Shown here: piece after piece, positions 49,200 to 63,480 of the stretch
How positions within the stretch are numbered: position 1 is the first letter of the stretch
How the letters are laid out: each line of letters starts with the position of its first letter
Assembly: GCA_010909165.1 (NCBI GenBank)
Contig: VJWM01000234.1
Coordinates: forward strand, 124,001-188,000
DNA length: 64,000 bases
Direction of reading: 5' to 3'
Origin: Anthoceros angustus
Taxonomy: Eukaryota; Plantae; Anthocerotophyta
The notes under the pieces: generated by a model
Databases searched by the model: none
Seen by the model: the letters and a program-made list of their open reading frames with translations, nothing else
What the model was told of the DNA's origin: nothing
Translations under genes and position numbers: made by a program

Positions 49200-52100
49200 G
49201 CCTCAAGCAAGTCACCCGCGACAATCACGGGCGCCGAGCGGAAGGAGGTTTGTGCGGCAGCAATCCGAGAACAAGCGGATTGTCATGTTTGTTCGCACAT
49301 AGACAGCCAACTACTGTGGTAGGCGGTGGTGTGAGGCTCGGAATGAGAAGGGTGTCGATGGAGTGCTTGCAAGAGCGCCAAATAAGCTTAGCCGCTTGTA
49401 CGCTTTTAATGTGCCCGAAGGACGCCAACGAGTTTTTGCACATCACAATCCTCTCCGGAGCTTGACATTGCAACCGCTAACGAAAAGGCTCGCGGAGCGC
49501 CTGCACGCACCGACGAGCCAAGGGGCCCAATCACGGATGCCAATCACTAGATGGTGGACCGTGAAGAGAACATCGTGATTTTTGCTTGCCGTTTTATGCC
49601 GGTCGCTCCATTGCCGAGTTAGCCGCCTTTGGCGTAGATAGAGCCCGCCACCGTGGGCGGGCGTGGGAGGAGGTGATTGACAAGTTGGCTTGGCTAGATC
49701 GACTAGCGGCGGACCGACACTAACTTTGACGCAATGCCGCATATAGTGTCACGCAGGGGCGGATTGACACGGTAATGGTGCTCTTACGCAGCCGGACGAA
49801 CGAGTACTCCGGTGTCGCTCGCAGCCCCACCATTCAACACCCTTTGTGCGCAGGCGGCTTAGTGGAACCGTAGAGCCCAATCCGCACTATAGCATTTGAA
49901 GAAAGCGGTGGCGCAGGGGATGGAATATGAGCCATCACCGAGTAAGAATGACGCCACGGGTTTACTGGTACGTCGCACGACTCAAGAGAAATTCGATGGG
50001 CGATTGATGAGATGGTGCTCAAATACAACCTGAGTTCACCCCGAGATGGCCCCGAGGAAAATGAGCACGCTTGGCCGGAGAGGCTCTTACGTGTTACCGC
50101 GACTCCAAGGAGCAGATTTTGCAAGATGCCCGATCCGTACAGAGCCAAAAGGGCTTTGAAGGGAGACGTAAGAGGGAACATCGTCCAAGACGACGCAAGG
50201 CTGCCATCACATTCTCGTGGATGAAATGTTCAACAAGTTCGGAATGGAAATGTTCCTGTCCTCCATCGAGAAGATCCGTGAGTTGTCCAGATTCACCATT
50301 AGGAGCCCTCGGACAAGATATCCTAGATTAAGACAACCGTGAAGGACACACGAGTAAAGACCATGTGAAGCCGTGACAAGGCAGCTGCCAACTTTCTCCA
50401 CATGACATGGCAGAAGGACCAGAAGGAAGGAGATGCCTCGCGACGCAAGGGAAGAACAAGGCATGGCACGCCCGCTAAGGAAGGAGCCTCGCATCGCACT
50501 AGCCGCCAAGGCAAAATTAAATGCCAAGGCAGCATCAAATGCCTCACACAAAGCCTTTGAGTGCGAGTATCGAATTGGTGGGGCCAAGGAAAAGGAGGTG
50601 TGCAGACTGCCAAGACAGGCAAGGGCCGCATGTCACAGGCTCACCCGCAGTTCGCACTCCAAAGGAAGTGGAGATCGGGGAAGTGACAAAACAAAACAAA
50701 CCGGAGGTTACACACGGAAGGCACTCTGAGGTACACCGATTGCGTGAACAATTGGCAATGTAGTGCACACCAATGGACGCCTGTTGCCTTTGGAAGAATA
50801 GGACCAAGAAATGTATGCGTTGATGACCGTGGGGTGGCCTCAAAAGCGGAGGGCGGCGTCGATATGGGGAAGTCATTAAGGGAAAGAGAATTGGGGCAAG
50901 AAATCAACTCAAAATGCCCAAATCATTCAGTTGGAGGATTCCGAGCCCACTAACACCGTAAGGGATGCCGCTAATGGAGCTCCTATCGAGAAGGCTATGG
51001 ATGTCCCCATGGTCGCTTGCGCGACCTTGGAGTAAAATGCAACCATTCAAGAAGGCAATGCATATGGATGAGAGCCGCAACATCGAGGCCGAGGCAATGT
51101 CCGGGTTCACTAGCCTATGCGGAGAACACTTGAAACCGCGGCTCGAGGAAAAGGAGGAGTCGCCATGGTGGACAATCGGGTCGAGTAACTGTGAATGGTT
51201 TCGCCCTAATGTGTGTTGGTGGATACAGCGGATCCAAGAAAGTTATTTGGGGCCCGGGTGCGGCACTCCGACGGGACAAACTAAGGCCATGTGAGGTGCG
51301 ATCACCACGTCCGGGTACCAAGGAGCAAGTGATGGAATCACACGGATCCGATTCGTGATAGAGCTCAAGCCCGCACCGAGGATGCGCTGCTATTGAAGTG
51401 CATTGTTTGGTATCTAACGCAAGGAATTATGATGTGCTGTTTGGCGCCCGACGCCACATGGACCGCAATGGAGTAGACCCATTACACTCGTAGCATTCTA
51501 CGTGCCGCTGGCGGACGGGACTTTTCGCACATAGCCGTAATTCCGCCAAGATGAGGAGAACTGGGAAAACCGGCAGCCCATTAGCGTGTGGAGCGGGAAG
51601 CGCCTGTGGCTGAAATATGGGAGGAAACCAAGAATTGATGAGGGAAGAGACTGATGATTACGGTGTTTTGTTTGTGTGTCGAACACTCGGCAATTGGTGC
51701 AAAGCGCCGACACGAGAACACCTCCGACCAGATCGGCTCAGAGCGCCTTTAACTGCTGGTTCAGAGAACACCATCAAGATGCCGGGCTTTGAATCCGCCG
51801 AAGGCGGATCAACAATAAGGTGAGGAAAGCGGAAGGACGGGCATCCATCCGATGGAGCTTTGTTCCGGATCAGCAGGGTTGGAGGCGATGAGGAGTGGCA
51901 TTCGCAAAGAAATACATGTGTCGAGCCGGACGAAGGGCGCTGCGTGCGGCTGCTGTGGATCATTCGGCCGCGAATGGAGTACCCCGCTGATGAGCCGAGA
52001 GGCAATCAAAGGATGCCAAAGCAAAGGCTCGCAGATATCTTGTTGGTAGGAAGACGACGCCAAATTGAAGCCATTACGCAAAGTGGACATGTTAATCATG

Positions 52101-52840
52101 GATGGGAGTGTAAAACTTTTTCCGTGAGCTGGCCGTGGCTCGTGCAAAGGCATGGAACCAGCCGGAGGTCATCCGGATCTTGGGATGTGCGGCCAACCCA
52201 TCCCGCCGTATCTACTGAAAATGTGTGTGGTGCCTTCGATAGCGTGAGAGTGGGAACAATATGAGCAACTCGTGTTGGCTAGGGAAGAGTTTATTGTGGA
52301 TGCCGCAGACCGCTCATATGCACATCGGCACGGAGCTCGACCAATGTGGCGATGTGACAACCCTAAGGCATCACCCATGCTAATGGTACCGTAAGAACGT
52401 GGTGGATGACATCTTGGACCCAAAACGACGGTCACAACCAAGACGCAAGGAAGATAAACCACCCCACTATCCAGTAAAACGTGGGAAAGCCAAGGAGAGC
52501 CCCACACTCGCCAAGACCGCAATCATATGCGTCAGAAAGGGGAGAAGGCATGGTTCGGACACAAAGGGAATGAAGTGGGGAGCCGAATAACGGAGCGAGA
52601 ACGAGCCATGGGATTTGGTGCGTGGTACTTACACGCCTGTGTGTCAATCATTCGGCAGTCGGGCAAGCGCTCGACATGACTTGTATGCGCAAGGTTAGTC
52701 ACTACGGTGTTTGGCCATACAGCCATGGGTCGAAAGAATGGCGAGAAGCATCCGCTGATTTGTCACGAAATGATGAACTTCATCCGCACCTAAGAAGCAA
52801 GAGCTTGTCGCCAACACGGGCAGCCTGCTACTCCGCCATG
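49200..52840 (+). mobile_element. Possible KDZ (Kyakuja-Dileera-Zisupton)-like transposase relic
   Basis: WKCSCP (~50245), RCADC (~50600), RTKG...CCG-II (~51925-51963), FIVDA...H...CDNP (~52290-52365), in KDZ-like order; heavily garbled. Confidence 0.35.
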
Positions 52841-52844
52841 TGAA

Positions 52845-55800
52845 AGGAACCATGAGAACTCGTTGATGATTGGCAAATATGTGAAGATTTACAACCGTGG
52901 AATGGGCAGAGGATCCGAGACATGTTACTCGTAAACGAGGACCTTCGCCTGGGCCTGGGCCGAGTTGGGGAGGTATGATCGCATCAAGTTCAAAATCACC
53001 ACGACCACCGATGAGCCTCGTGGTTCCGCAAGACATAAACCGAGTCCGGGAGGGATATCGTGGACAAGTGGAACGAAGAATTTGGTCACCCAAGACGCGC
53101 GGTGAGAGACCGACGCCAAGGATGAATAGCCGTGGGTTCAGCAGTAGGTAGGTAGGTCGATAGAAACAGTAGGAGGAAGATGGTAGGACGTCCGAGGGAG
53201 TTCGGACTTAATCAATCGGCATCTGTAGGAGGTCTGATCGGGTAGAAAGTATGGGTAGATAGAAGCATATATAGGCATGATAGGTTCCGAAGTTCCTTGG
53301 ACCATGGGGAGTAGGAATATTCGGGATAGGAAGTTCCTTGGCCTTCAATTATTTAGGTTCCGCATGGCTATATATGCCAAAAAGGGCTAGTTAAGTTGTA
53401 GATGGAAAATGGCTAGGAGTTTTGAACCGACACGTGGGCCATCGTGAGGAGAGCATTAAGGCAGACGGTATGCACCGCAAACTCGTTAGCTGTGGTTTTG
53501 AACGGGCTCAGCAAACAGGCAGCGGCGAGGGGAGTAAGTGGAGTTGCGTCAAGAAAGGGCAGGAGCGGGCGCCTTCCGACAGAAGGCCAGGGGAGCGCGA
53601 ATCAAGGCGCCGAGGAGCAGCGAGGCGGCCATCTGAGGAGCGGGCATGAGCGATTGCCGGAAAGGAGTTCGTGAGGGGGATCCGCAAGGCGCCATGAGTG
53701 GAGGTGCTCGAGCGGAGGCGATTGTGTAGAGGCGCCGAGGGGTGAGCTGGGCTACCGACGTCAAAAGGCGAGCAAGGTGGAGAAGTTGCTGAGGGGAGAT
53801 TGAAGGGGCCAAGGCCACCTCTTAGTGGTGCGCTTGAGGCCGACGCCGAGGAGCGGGAAGAACTCCCTGTCGCCTCACCCAAACCACCACCTCTTTGCTC
53901 TCCACTCTTAGCCCGATAGATTACTCTCCAATCTCTCCAATTTTGCTATCCTTGTGTGTGCTCCTGCAGATGGTAAAGATAGTGAGGACGGGAACGGGGT
54001 ACTCCCACGGGAGGAAACCTCCGCCGCCACACCGCCCACAAAGGGAAAAGGTAAGAAACACCCACCCCGAAGTTCGAGTGTAGGCCGCCCAAATTTCACC
54101 TCGAGATTTGAGGCCTCGAGCGCACGCCCGAGATGAAGATGGAATGGCTGTACTTGGCACTTTACAGCCCCCGCCTTGGTTCGTGAGTGTGCGCGATTTA
54201 ATGAGAGTGACCAAGCCGCCCGAGGATGCGACATCAAGTCATCCCGGGATGTGGAAGGTACGGCATTTCCGTGATACGATTTGATACGGAAGCCCACAAG
54301 GGAGGGATCATTCGCGCTCAGCCTCCAAGAATCGATCCCGAGGAGGTTATGAGCATGTTCCTACGACCAAAGGAGGAAGTATGGTCGCAAGGCAATGGCT
54401 GGAGGATCTCTTTGTTCAAGGAGCGGAAGTGGAATTTATTCGCCAAGATATGGCGACTAACGGCGCGAGGAAGACGACTGGAAATTCCCATTTAATGATG
54501 ATGTATGAGATGTCCTGTGGGAAGTTGGTGGATTGGGCCACCATTCAGTATGAACAAAGCGTTCATCAAACCATTTGGTGATGGAGGGAGCAAGAATCGC
54601 TTTGTCTCTACCTTCCTCGACACCTATATCGAGGGAGGAGGTTCTTACATGACGAGCTGGAAGAAGCCAAGATAGAAGCTACCGTGAGGGTAGAAGGAGA
54701 GCCATCACGCCCCAGAGGATGAAGAGCGGATGAGGCCCCGGGCAAGAGACCGCCACGCCCGAACCAACATGAGGCCTCGTGATCGTGAACCCAACAAGAG
54801 AAAGGGAAGAAGGCCATAGAAGCACCTCCTACGAGGAAGGAGGAAAGGATACGAGACCACCACCGAGGGTTGAGGATTGGAAGGCCGACAACACCAAAGG
54901 GTAGGGAGTGAACCCCTACCAGAGGGACCTGTGGAGGACGGAGGACCTACGGTAGGAGCTTTACCTCCCACCAAGAAGTAGTAACAAGACTTGAGTGACG
55001 GAGAAGAACGCCGAGGAGCGTTGGTGACCTACACACCAACAGGAGGAGCAGTAGGAAGTGTTTTGAGAACAGCCGGCATCCTACAGAGGGTAGTTGCTGA
55101 GCTGAGGGAAGTGGGCGCAGAATCTATGGACGCCCTAGTGGACAATGTCAGGGAGGTAGCCGAAGTTCGGGCCGAACTTCGAGACCTACGAAAAGGAGGA
55201 GGACGCCGAGAAGAAATTAAGAGGAGCTCTGAAAACCACCTCCGAAAAGCAACACTGCTAGATCCGCCAAAGAGCGACAGATGACCACCAAGTTGGTGAA
55301 TGTGTGGAAATGATTGACTGTGTCTTAGGAGAGGCAAAATCAGCCAAGAGGGCCGAGGAGTTGGCCGCCAGAAGGAGGCGTAAGAAAGTTGGAAGCTACC
55401 CTAGCAAGGGTAGGACACATCGAACGCAGCAAGGAGGAGGCAAGATCTACTAGCCCCGGGACCTTGAAGACGAAGGACCTCCTACGAAGAAGTTAGTGCC
55501 ATGGAGCAACGGAAGGAGCATTACAAGGGAAAATACACTTGGTGAAGGAACGACAAGGATGGGACAATGTGACTAAGGGTCACAAAGAGGAGCTTCAGAC
55601 ACGAGAACTTTTGGAGCAAAGAACGAAGAAGGCACGACCTTACCCAATGAAACGGAGGCAAGGAACCCCAAGGAAGTTTTGATGGCCCAACGATCTTTGG
55701 AGGGTCTTCGTCATTCGAGGAGCAAGAGAGCGACCGCCATAGTGAAACATGGCGATGGAAGCCATGGAGAAAGATAAGGAGATTGGGAGGCTTGCCCCGG

Positions 55801-56480
55801 AGTTGGAGAGAGAGTGGAGAAAGAGGCCGCATTGGTAGGAGTGACAAATCGCCGGTGGGACGAAAAGGCCATCCCACTAAGGGTCCGCATCATGGACGAC
55901 AAAAGAAGGAGAGTGGTAGGGTGGCGACCTACTACAACAACCTCCTCGAAGCGATTGAGGAACGCTACAGGAGGAAGACGAAGAAATGGACCTCACCGCT
56001 CGACGCCAAGTGGAATGGCAACCGGAGGTCAAACTTTGAGTTGGTACAAGGAAAGCAGTCGACATAGCCGAGCGAAAGAAGCACCTACGGCGACGCCGAG
56101 AACCTCCCGAGACGGTGGAGCTTGCCGGAGGAAGAGATGGTGGTAGGATGGTACCAAAGTTCCTACTGTAGGAACTGCTGAAGAGGAGGAGGTGACCCCA
56201 AGGAAGGGTACCCGGCCTACGAAACCCAGCCGTGAGGGAAGGTACCCCATAGCAAGATCCAAACAGAGGTAGGAGACGAACCGCCTACCAAGAAGACGAG
56301 AGGGGAGGAACCCATCGAGGATGAACGTAGGAGGAATGGAACCTCCTACCACAAGGGAAGACCTACCACCGAGACGAGGCGCAACCAGCATAGTCCCGAG
56401 AAGACTCGGAGGTGGGCAAGGCTAACGACCCATCAAGGGGAAGACATTGAAGCCGAGGGCAACAACAAAAAGCCGAACGA
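52845..56480 (+). mobile_element. 3' half of an Athila-like Gypsy: integrase tail, spacer, ORF2
   Basis: 53060-53600 is homologous to 63480-64000; ORF2 from ATG 53970 with KGKGK and GKLVDWATIQYE. Confidence 0.8.
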
Positions 56481-56482
56481 GG

Positions 56483-57370
56483 ATGTCGAGGACCTTTCAA
56501 GAGGACGTTTTGTCCCAAGTGGTGCACACCTTGGGAAGTGTGAGTATTTAAGAGTAGATGACAGGATATTCGTCAAGGTGAGCCGGATCGAGCCGTGAGG
56601 ACGAATCAAGGGACAAGAGTCCTATTGTTGGACTTGGCAAGTCGCCTAGCATTAAACTAGCACGAGTGGCGACTCCACCTATAAAAGGGAGGGTGGAAGA
56701 ATGAATAAACACCGACCTTGCTTTGTCATGCATTCTTCGCCTCCGGCGCATCCCTTTGTGTGTGTGCTGACTGCCGCCCGCCAAGCGACGAAGGCAAGGG
56801 TGGGGTTCGGTCGAGGCCCTCGCGGTGGGGTTCGCCAACGCAGCTCCTCCTCGTGAAAGATTGTTGTTGGATGTGCTTTGTGTTTCGTTGGTGGCCTCGC
56901 AGGATCGGCGCACCACGCCGCTGGCTGTGTGTTCGCATACGCAATCGCCCGAGAGAAATACCCAGTCCACCCCTGTGCAGCCGCAAGGGAGGCGCAAACC
57001 GCGAACGCTAAGTAGTAGAGTAGATTTGGGGATCGAATGAAGTGAGTCATGTGGTGGTCCGTGAGCTATGTTTCTTTGAGAATGGTGAAGAGGTTGGCTA
57101 TGGGTGTGTCGCTAGAGTGAATTGATCCAGTTGGCGAGGAGAGTGTTGAGGTGGAGGGAATCTCGAAGGCGGAGCGCGCGGCCGATAACCCAAACGCATA
57201 ACACCGCTTGTTGCCCACACCGGACAAGTAGACAAGTAATGACGTGAGTGAGAGAGTGAGAGGAACGCAACAATCCGAACCAAATCTCTTGGGATCGAAC
57301 TCACGATTCAACGAGGTGGATAAGTGTGGCCACCGAGGCGAGCTCCGGTGACCGAGGCAAACCTACCACA
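56483..57370 (+). repeat. Gypsy LTR (left boundary uncertain)
   Basis: TGTCGAGG...ACCTACCACA, CTATAAAAGGG at ~56680, directly followed by a PBS. Confidence 0.75.
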
Positions 57371-57373
57371 TTT

Positions 57374-57390
57374 TGGCGCCGCTGTCGGGA
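57374..57390 (+). promoter_or_regulatory. Primer-binding site, tRNA-Asp type (degenerate)
   Basis: TGGCGCCGCTGTCGGGA, 3 nt after the LTR CA. Confidence 0.85.
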
Positions 57391-57444
57391 TTTGCTGCTT
57401 GAGGATTGTGTGTGAGTGAATGATGATAGAGGGAGTAAACGACA

Positions 57445-60400
57445 TTGCGAATGGTCCCCCTTTCAACTCGCGTAAAGGGCGCCGAAGGGATGAGTATCGA
57501 CGCGGATAGAGGCAATCCCGAGAGGTTAGAGCCAGCCATGCCAGAGTGGAGGTGCGAACAGCCGGGCGAAGCTCACCGAGGAAGAAAGTACGCAGACAAC
57601 GATCACCACGCTAGGTTGTCTCGATTGTTTTGCAGGAGAAAGGTCCGACAGCGCCCACCCACGGACGGGAGCCGTGGTACTTTGGAACATCAAGAAGACA
57701 GAGGAACCAAGAACGGAGGCCGAGCTCATTCCTTTGCGAACCTTCGAGAGTCACGACGTGGAGTTAGTATCACCCACGAACGGTGTGAAAGACTCGAGGG
57801 GAAGTAGGGTGGTCCCGCCGCTACCACCCGTCCGAACGCACTCGCATCCTCTTCTCGACACGACACCTTAGAAGATTTTTCGACTGAGCCAAGAAACGCC
57901 TTGTTTGAGAGATCATCTCCGGGGGAGTCAACGAGCGACACGCTGAATTTGTTACCGAGAGGGCTCGGAGGCAGCCATACGCGGCGTTGATCGCATCAGG
58001 GAGCAAGGATTGGGACACTTACAATCGATATCTCGATCATTTGGCTCGACAGCGGAAGTTGCGCAGCGAGGGCGCGAGAAGAAGCAAGAATTGTGGGAGC
58101 CGAGCACACAATCAAGTCCACAACCCACGAGCAAGAGCTGCCCGAGTTTCACTTACTCAGCAGACGACTCACAGACGACACCTTTGCCCATAGCCATGAG
58201 CGGAGCGGAGGAGCCAAGACGGAGGAGCAAGCCCATCACCCGCGCAGCCCATATCCCAAATTTGGATCCAAGAAGGAGGACGACATCGATGCCGAAAGTT
58301 TTGTAAAACTTTTCAATCCATTTCGAGGGCTAACATCGAGGATTCGATCGAATTTTTCCAGATCATGAGGACCGCGCAACAATGGTATGCCGAAGTTCTC
58401 TACCCCACCCACCGCTTGGCAGACGAGCTGATTTTTATTCGTTTCGTGGTTTGAGCCACACTACCCATGTGTTAACAAAACTGTGACTGCGAAAGAAGAA
58501 AGAATCCTTGCTCGATGTAACGGTTTTCTGAGAAGATACCCGAGAGTGGACAACACGGAGGAGAATCACAAGCGTATTCGGAAGAACAAGCGTTGGATTG
58601 GTTCGTCTGTGGACTACCACGAAGATGGAGATTCACCGCAGGGCAATGATACCTTGAGGAAGGCAAGCGAGCACCAAGCATGGGAGGCCGCCCACTGGGA
58701 GGAGAAGACGGAAGAAAGCGAGTGGCAAGAGGAAGAAAGGAAGAGACATCGCCTTCAAGTTCGAAGAATCGACGTCCAAGACACTCACTGAACCATCATC
58801 ATCTCAAGAGAATTCAACATCCGGACGGATGAGCGAATCGGAAGAAGCACATAAGCGAGTGAAAAAGACTTGGAACATTTGTCAAGAAGAAGGAGAGAGA
58901 CAAGAGAAACGCCACGAAGGTTGGGGAGAAGGGAAAAGGGAAATGGAAGGTCGCCCACCAAGACACCAATTTGGAAGACGTGATGAAACGGCCGCGTACA
59001 TCGAGATCAAATTAGTCAAGAATCGACCCCGACGACGATCTCCTTCCCTACCCGGCAGAAAGTCTTTGTAGCAATTGTCATCACCAGCGCCATACGCATC
59101 GAATGCCCTCAAGACACGATGGGTCAATCGGTGGAGTACGATCTAGACCCATACTATTCGTGAGAGGAGGTATCGATGCAGCCGTGATGTGAGCTCGACC
59201 TCAATCCATGAGAGCCACCTATCAACCCCAAGATCACCCAAAGGGATGAGGTATGGTCCAAGGCAAGCAATCGCGAATCAATGGGACGGAATCCTCAACG
59301 ACCCTAATGTACCGGCCATTGTTACAACGTGGCATCATTATGCGAATGCATGTCCGTAACCAAGGCGATGATTGGGTACACCCCTTCCGTCAAGGCGTCA
59401 CATAGCGGGAGATGCAAGATGTACGGGCCCAAGACCATTCTCGCTGCACTGTGGGTACGATAACCCAAGTGGTGACAGAGGAGATTCCACCAAACCCAGA
59501 GATGTGCCCACCCCCCAGACAGGTGGAAGAAGACGAACGTTGGGGAGAGGAGCAAGAAGGCGAATGGTTGGAAGTGGAAGTGGACTCGGGTATATCCGAG
59601 AAGACGAGTTGTCACGCCGCCACCGGCCAAGACTAAGGAGGGACGACACTACGACAAGGGGAATGCTCGAAATTGGAAGTTCGCGGAGATGGGCGAATGA
59701 GCGAAAGAAAAGAAGAATGCCGAGGAAGTACATCGAGATGAAGAAACGCCACGAGACCGGGCCACGAGGGAGGGCGGTCCAAAGGCTTCAATGCACCGAC
59801 ATCCCAGAGGTGGCGTGCATGCCGAATTACGAAACTCACTCAAGAAAGGAAGAAACATGCACCCCGTAAAACCATGGGTCCAGAGGAGTGATGACAAAGA
59901 TGGAGGGTTACCGCTCAAGAAGAAGTAATCAAGGGAGGAAAGAAGACCCTCTCACCGAGAAGGTCACCGCTTTGTAATCTCGGATCAAGAATTCCTTGTG
60001 ACATTTCGACAACTCTTGTCCGACAACCCCAAGTATCGACGATGATGCGAGAAGCGATGAAAGGGACTCTACGTAAAACCGTAACGAATACGGATGTACG
60101 AGTTGTGGAACTCATGGATTTGCGGTGAAATATCGGTCAAGTGAACGGATGCTTGATAAGGCGGTACCGGACTCCTGTGGTTAACTGATGATGGAAGAAA
60201 CGCCAGCAAACTAGGATACACCAAGTTCGAGAGGACGCACCATTCTACGAATGGCGGATCGACGCGCGCGACCGGGGTACGGTACCCACCAACATTGGAG
60301 GCATTGTTTTCCTTTGACTTATGTGGTCATGCGACCAGTCCGAGGGGTATCAAGTGTTGATAGGGAGGCCATGGCTATACGGCAGCAAAAGCCGCTTGAT

Positions 60401-63400
60401 TGGGAAGAAGGAAAATTAATTTTCAGATCGCTCAAGGGCATGCCGCTGGCTCATGCCTCGTGTGGAGCAAGGAAACCTATGAAGGGGAAACTAATCCTCA
60501 CCGAGGAGTACACCTGAGGTTGGGGAGGAGAGAGGGAGAGGAAAATTCTTCGATCGATGATCAAACGTATTGTCCCGCTGCTTGTTGACGCTTCCAAGTC
60601 GAGATAGAAGAAGAATGGAGTACAATGGAGAAGGGACGGAGAACGATCCTTGGATAAGGAAAGCCGACAATGAAGATTTTCCGGATGAAGGAACGGGCGC
60701 CACTACAGGAAGTTGTCCGGACGGACTGGATCAAGCCTTAGAGGAAATGGAGCCCCGGAAGAAAGTCATGGTATGTGCATCCGCAAAGAGAAGAGAAACA
60801 ACTCCATCACCGTTGTTGGAATACATAGATTGTTTCGCTCAAGGTAACCGAAATGACCAGATACCAGAGGAGTTGGGAGTGCACCGAATCGACTTGAAGG
60901 AAGGAGCGACCCGTGAGGATCAAGCAAGACGACTCAATCCAAAGTATTCTAGTGGTGAAGGAGCAATTGGATCAAGATTCGAGGCGGAGTAATCTATCCC
61001 ATCACAAGCGAATGGGTGGCACCGATTGTGATTGTGCCTAAGAAGCAACAGGGAAAGTTCGGTCCGTGATTTCGTGAAGTTGAATGAGGCAACTAAGAAA
61101 GACCATCACCCTTTGCCGCTTATGGATAGTGTATTGGACACGCCGCAGGGCATGAGATGGGGCCTTAGACGGGTATTCGTGATATAATCGATCACTCGAG
61201 AAAGGAAGATCAGACAAAACAACGCTTACTATCGATTGGCATATGCCAAATTACCCTTTGGTCTTTGCAATGCCCCGCCACCTTCGAGAGTAGTGAATAC
61301 CATTTTCCGAGAGTACCGAGGAAATTCATGGAAGTATTTCGGATGACTTTTGTGTGTTTGGGAAGAGAAGCTGACTTGGGACATCTTCGCCGTTACGTAT
61401 GTAGAGAAACCAATTTGAAGTTGCACCCAGCAAATGTTATTTCGGAATGAAGGAACTCACATCGTGTTTCAAGCGAGGTTTGAGGTGGATAGGAAAAGGT
61501 CGAGTCATCACAGGATGATGGATGCTCAAACGGCCCTTCATCGCTTAGTGGGATACTACAGAGATTCATCATTGATTTTGCAAAGAAGGCGACCTCTCAC
61601 GCAACTATCAAGAAAGATGTTCCTTTGACCGACGGCCGAGCGATGTGAAGCCCTAAGTTTGAAAAGAGCTTGGCGGCACCGATTGCAACCCCAACCGGGA
61701 AGAACCTTTTCATGTCTTTGTGGATGTAGTATGCCATAGGGGCCATCCCGAGTCAACGTGATGGAAAGAAGCATGATAGGCCGATCTTCTATGCAGACGC
61801 CAACTTTCGGATGCGTAACGGAACTACTCCACGATCGAAAGAGAAGCTCGCATCTATTCCTCGCAAGAAATTTCGACACTATCTCCGGCTTGCAAAGTTG
61901 TGTTCCATGTGACCATTTCGCATCAAGTACTTGGTAACAAACCCGATCTATCTACGAATCGCGCGATGGATATCTATTGCCAGGAATGATTATGAGGTGG
62001 AAACACGGCGGAAGCAACATGTGAACGCCGACTTCATTTCTACGAATGAAGGGAAGAGTCACCACCGAACGATAAGTTCCCGATGAGGAGTTGGTAGCCG
62101 TAAGCATGATCGAAAGACGGCAGGAGGCACCGGAAGGACGGATCGAGAAACGGCGAGCTCGGGACTCCCGGATATCGCGAGCATCGAGAAGGAGGGGACG
62201 CCACAGACCAAGGATCACGCAAACCCCGCGACGAAACCCCGCACCGTAAGAAGGTGAGGGGCGGCGTGTCCACGACACTCATCAACGCCGAGGGAGGTAT
62301 TTAGAGCATGGGGAGTTGCCGTGGATTTATCAAAGGAAGGAGTTGCCGATTCATACGGCTGTATATTGCATCAGCAAGGGAGTATTGTACAAATTCATGA
62401 GGTGATTCAAGATGTTTGAGGGGAATGAGAAAGCCATGGTGATAGAAGCCTTGCACACGAGGAAGCAGGAGGACACTATTCCGCCACAATCACAACAAAG
62501 AAGATTCTAACCAGTGGTTTTGGTGGGATACAATGTATAGATGTATGGTTATTCATCGAGTTGTGATGCTTGTCACGAACGGGAGGCCCACGCCGACGAC
62601 CCAAAGGCCTCTAACGACATCCTACCACCGCACCTTTTGAAAAAATGGGGAATTGATTTTGTGGGACCTATTCGACCACCACGGACCAGCGACAAGACAT
62701 TCTGCTGCGATGACATCGCACAAAGATGGTAGAGGCGTTTATGAGGAAGGATGATGCGCCCACCGCCAAGTTTTTGTTTGAACGGATTATCACAGGTATG
62801 ATGCCCACCGGAACTTGTTAGCGATCGAGGGACGATTTCAACAAAGATAATCGAGTCTCGGATCGCTTATTTCAACATTCGACACGTGAAGACTACGCTT
62901 ACAACCAAAGCCAACGGACTCACTGAGAAGACAAATGGGTTACTATGCAACATTTTGACAAAGTGACCTTCTCATATGTATGATCGGGATACCAAGCTAC
63001 ATTCGCTATGGGCTTTCAGATCATGGAGAAGGTGACCAAAGAAGACATCAGATTATCTCGACATACCAGATGTCACCCGTAATGCCCGAATTTGAGGTAC
63101 CAACGATAGAATTATGGAAGATGAGCGAATGGAAGATAGTGAACAAGCCAAAGTTGGAAGAATTTGAGGCATGAGGAAACTGACGATGCCTTAGAGGAGA
63201 CACAATGTACAGTGAACAGAGGAAGGAGAGGCACGATGGGAGACTTCCAGACCTCGTAGTAGCGGGAGACTTGGTGCTCCTTTACGATAGTAGGTATTTA
63301 GATTTTCCGGAAGCTACCGAGATGGATGGGGCCTATGGGTTGTAACTATGAAAATGGGTCACAGCTTGGAAAGTTTACTCGGGGAACTACTTCCTACCAG

Positions 63401-63480
63401 AGTGAATGGGTGGAAGATCAAGAAGTACTTTACACTCGAGGATGTTTATAGGGCGCAAACAAATGGGGAGAGGAGCATGT
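57445..63480 (+). pseudogene. Gypsy gag-pol (gag, PR, RT, RH, INT), heavily frameshifted
   Basis: YPKFGSKKEDDIDAESFVKLF (~58250), IPEELGVHRIDLKEG (~60860), KKDHHPLP (~61095), FMEVF-DDF (~61325), LVGYYR (~61545), [10 protein letters not shown] (~62640). Confidence 0.88.
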
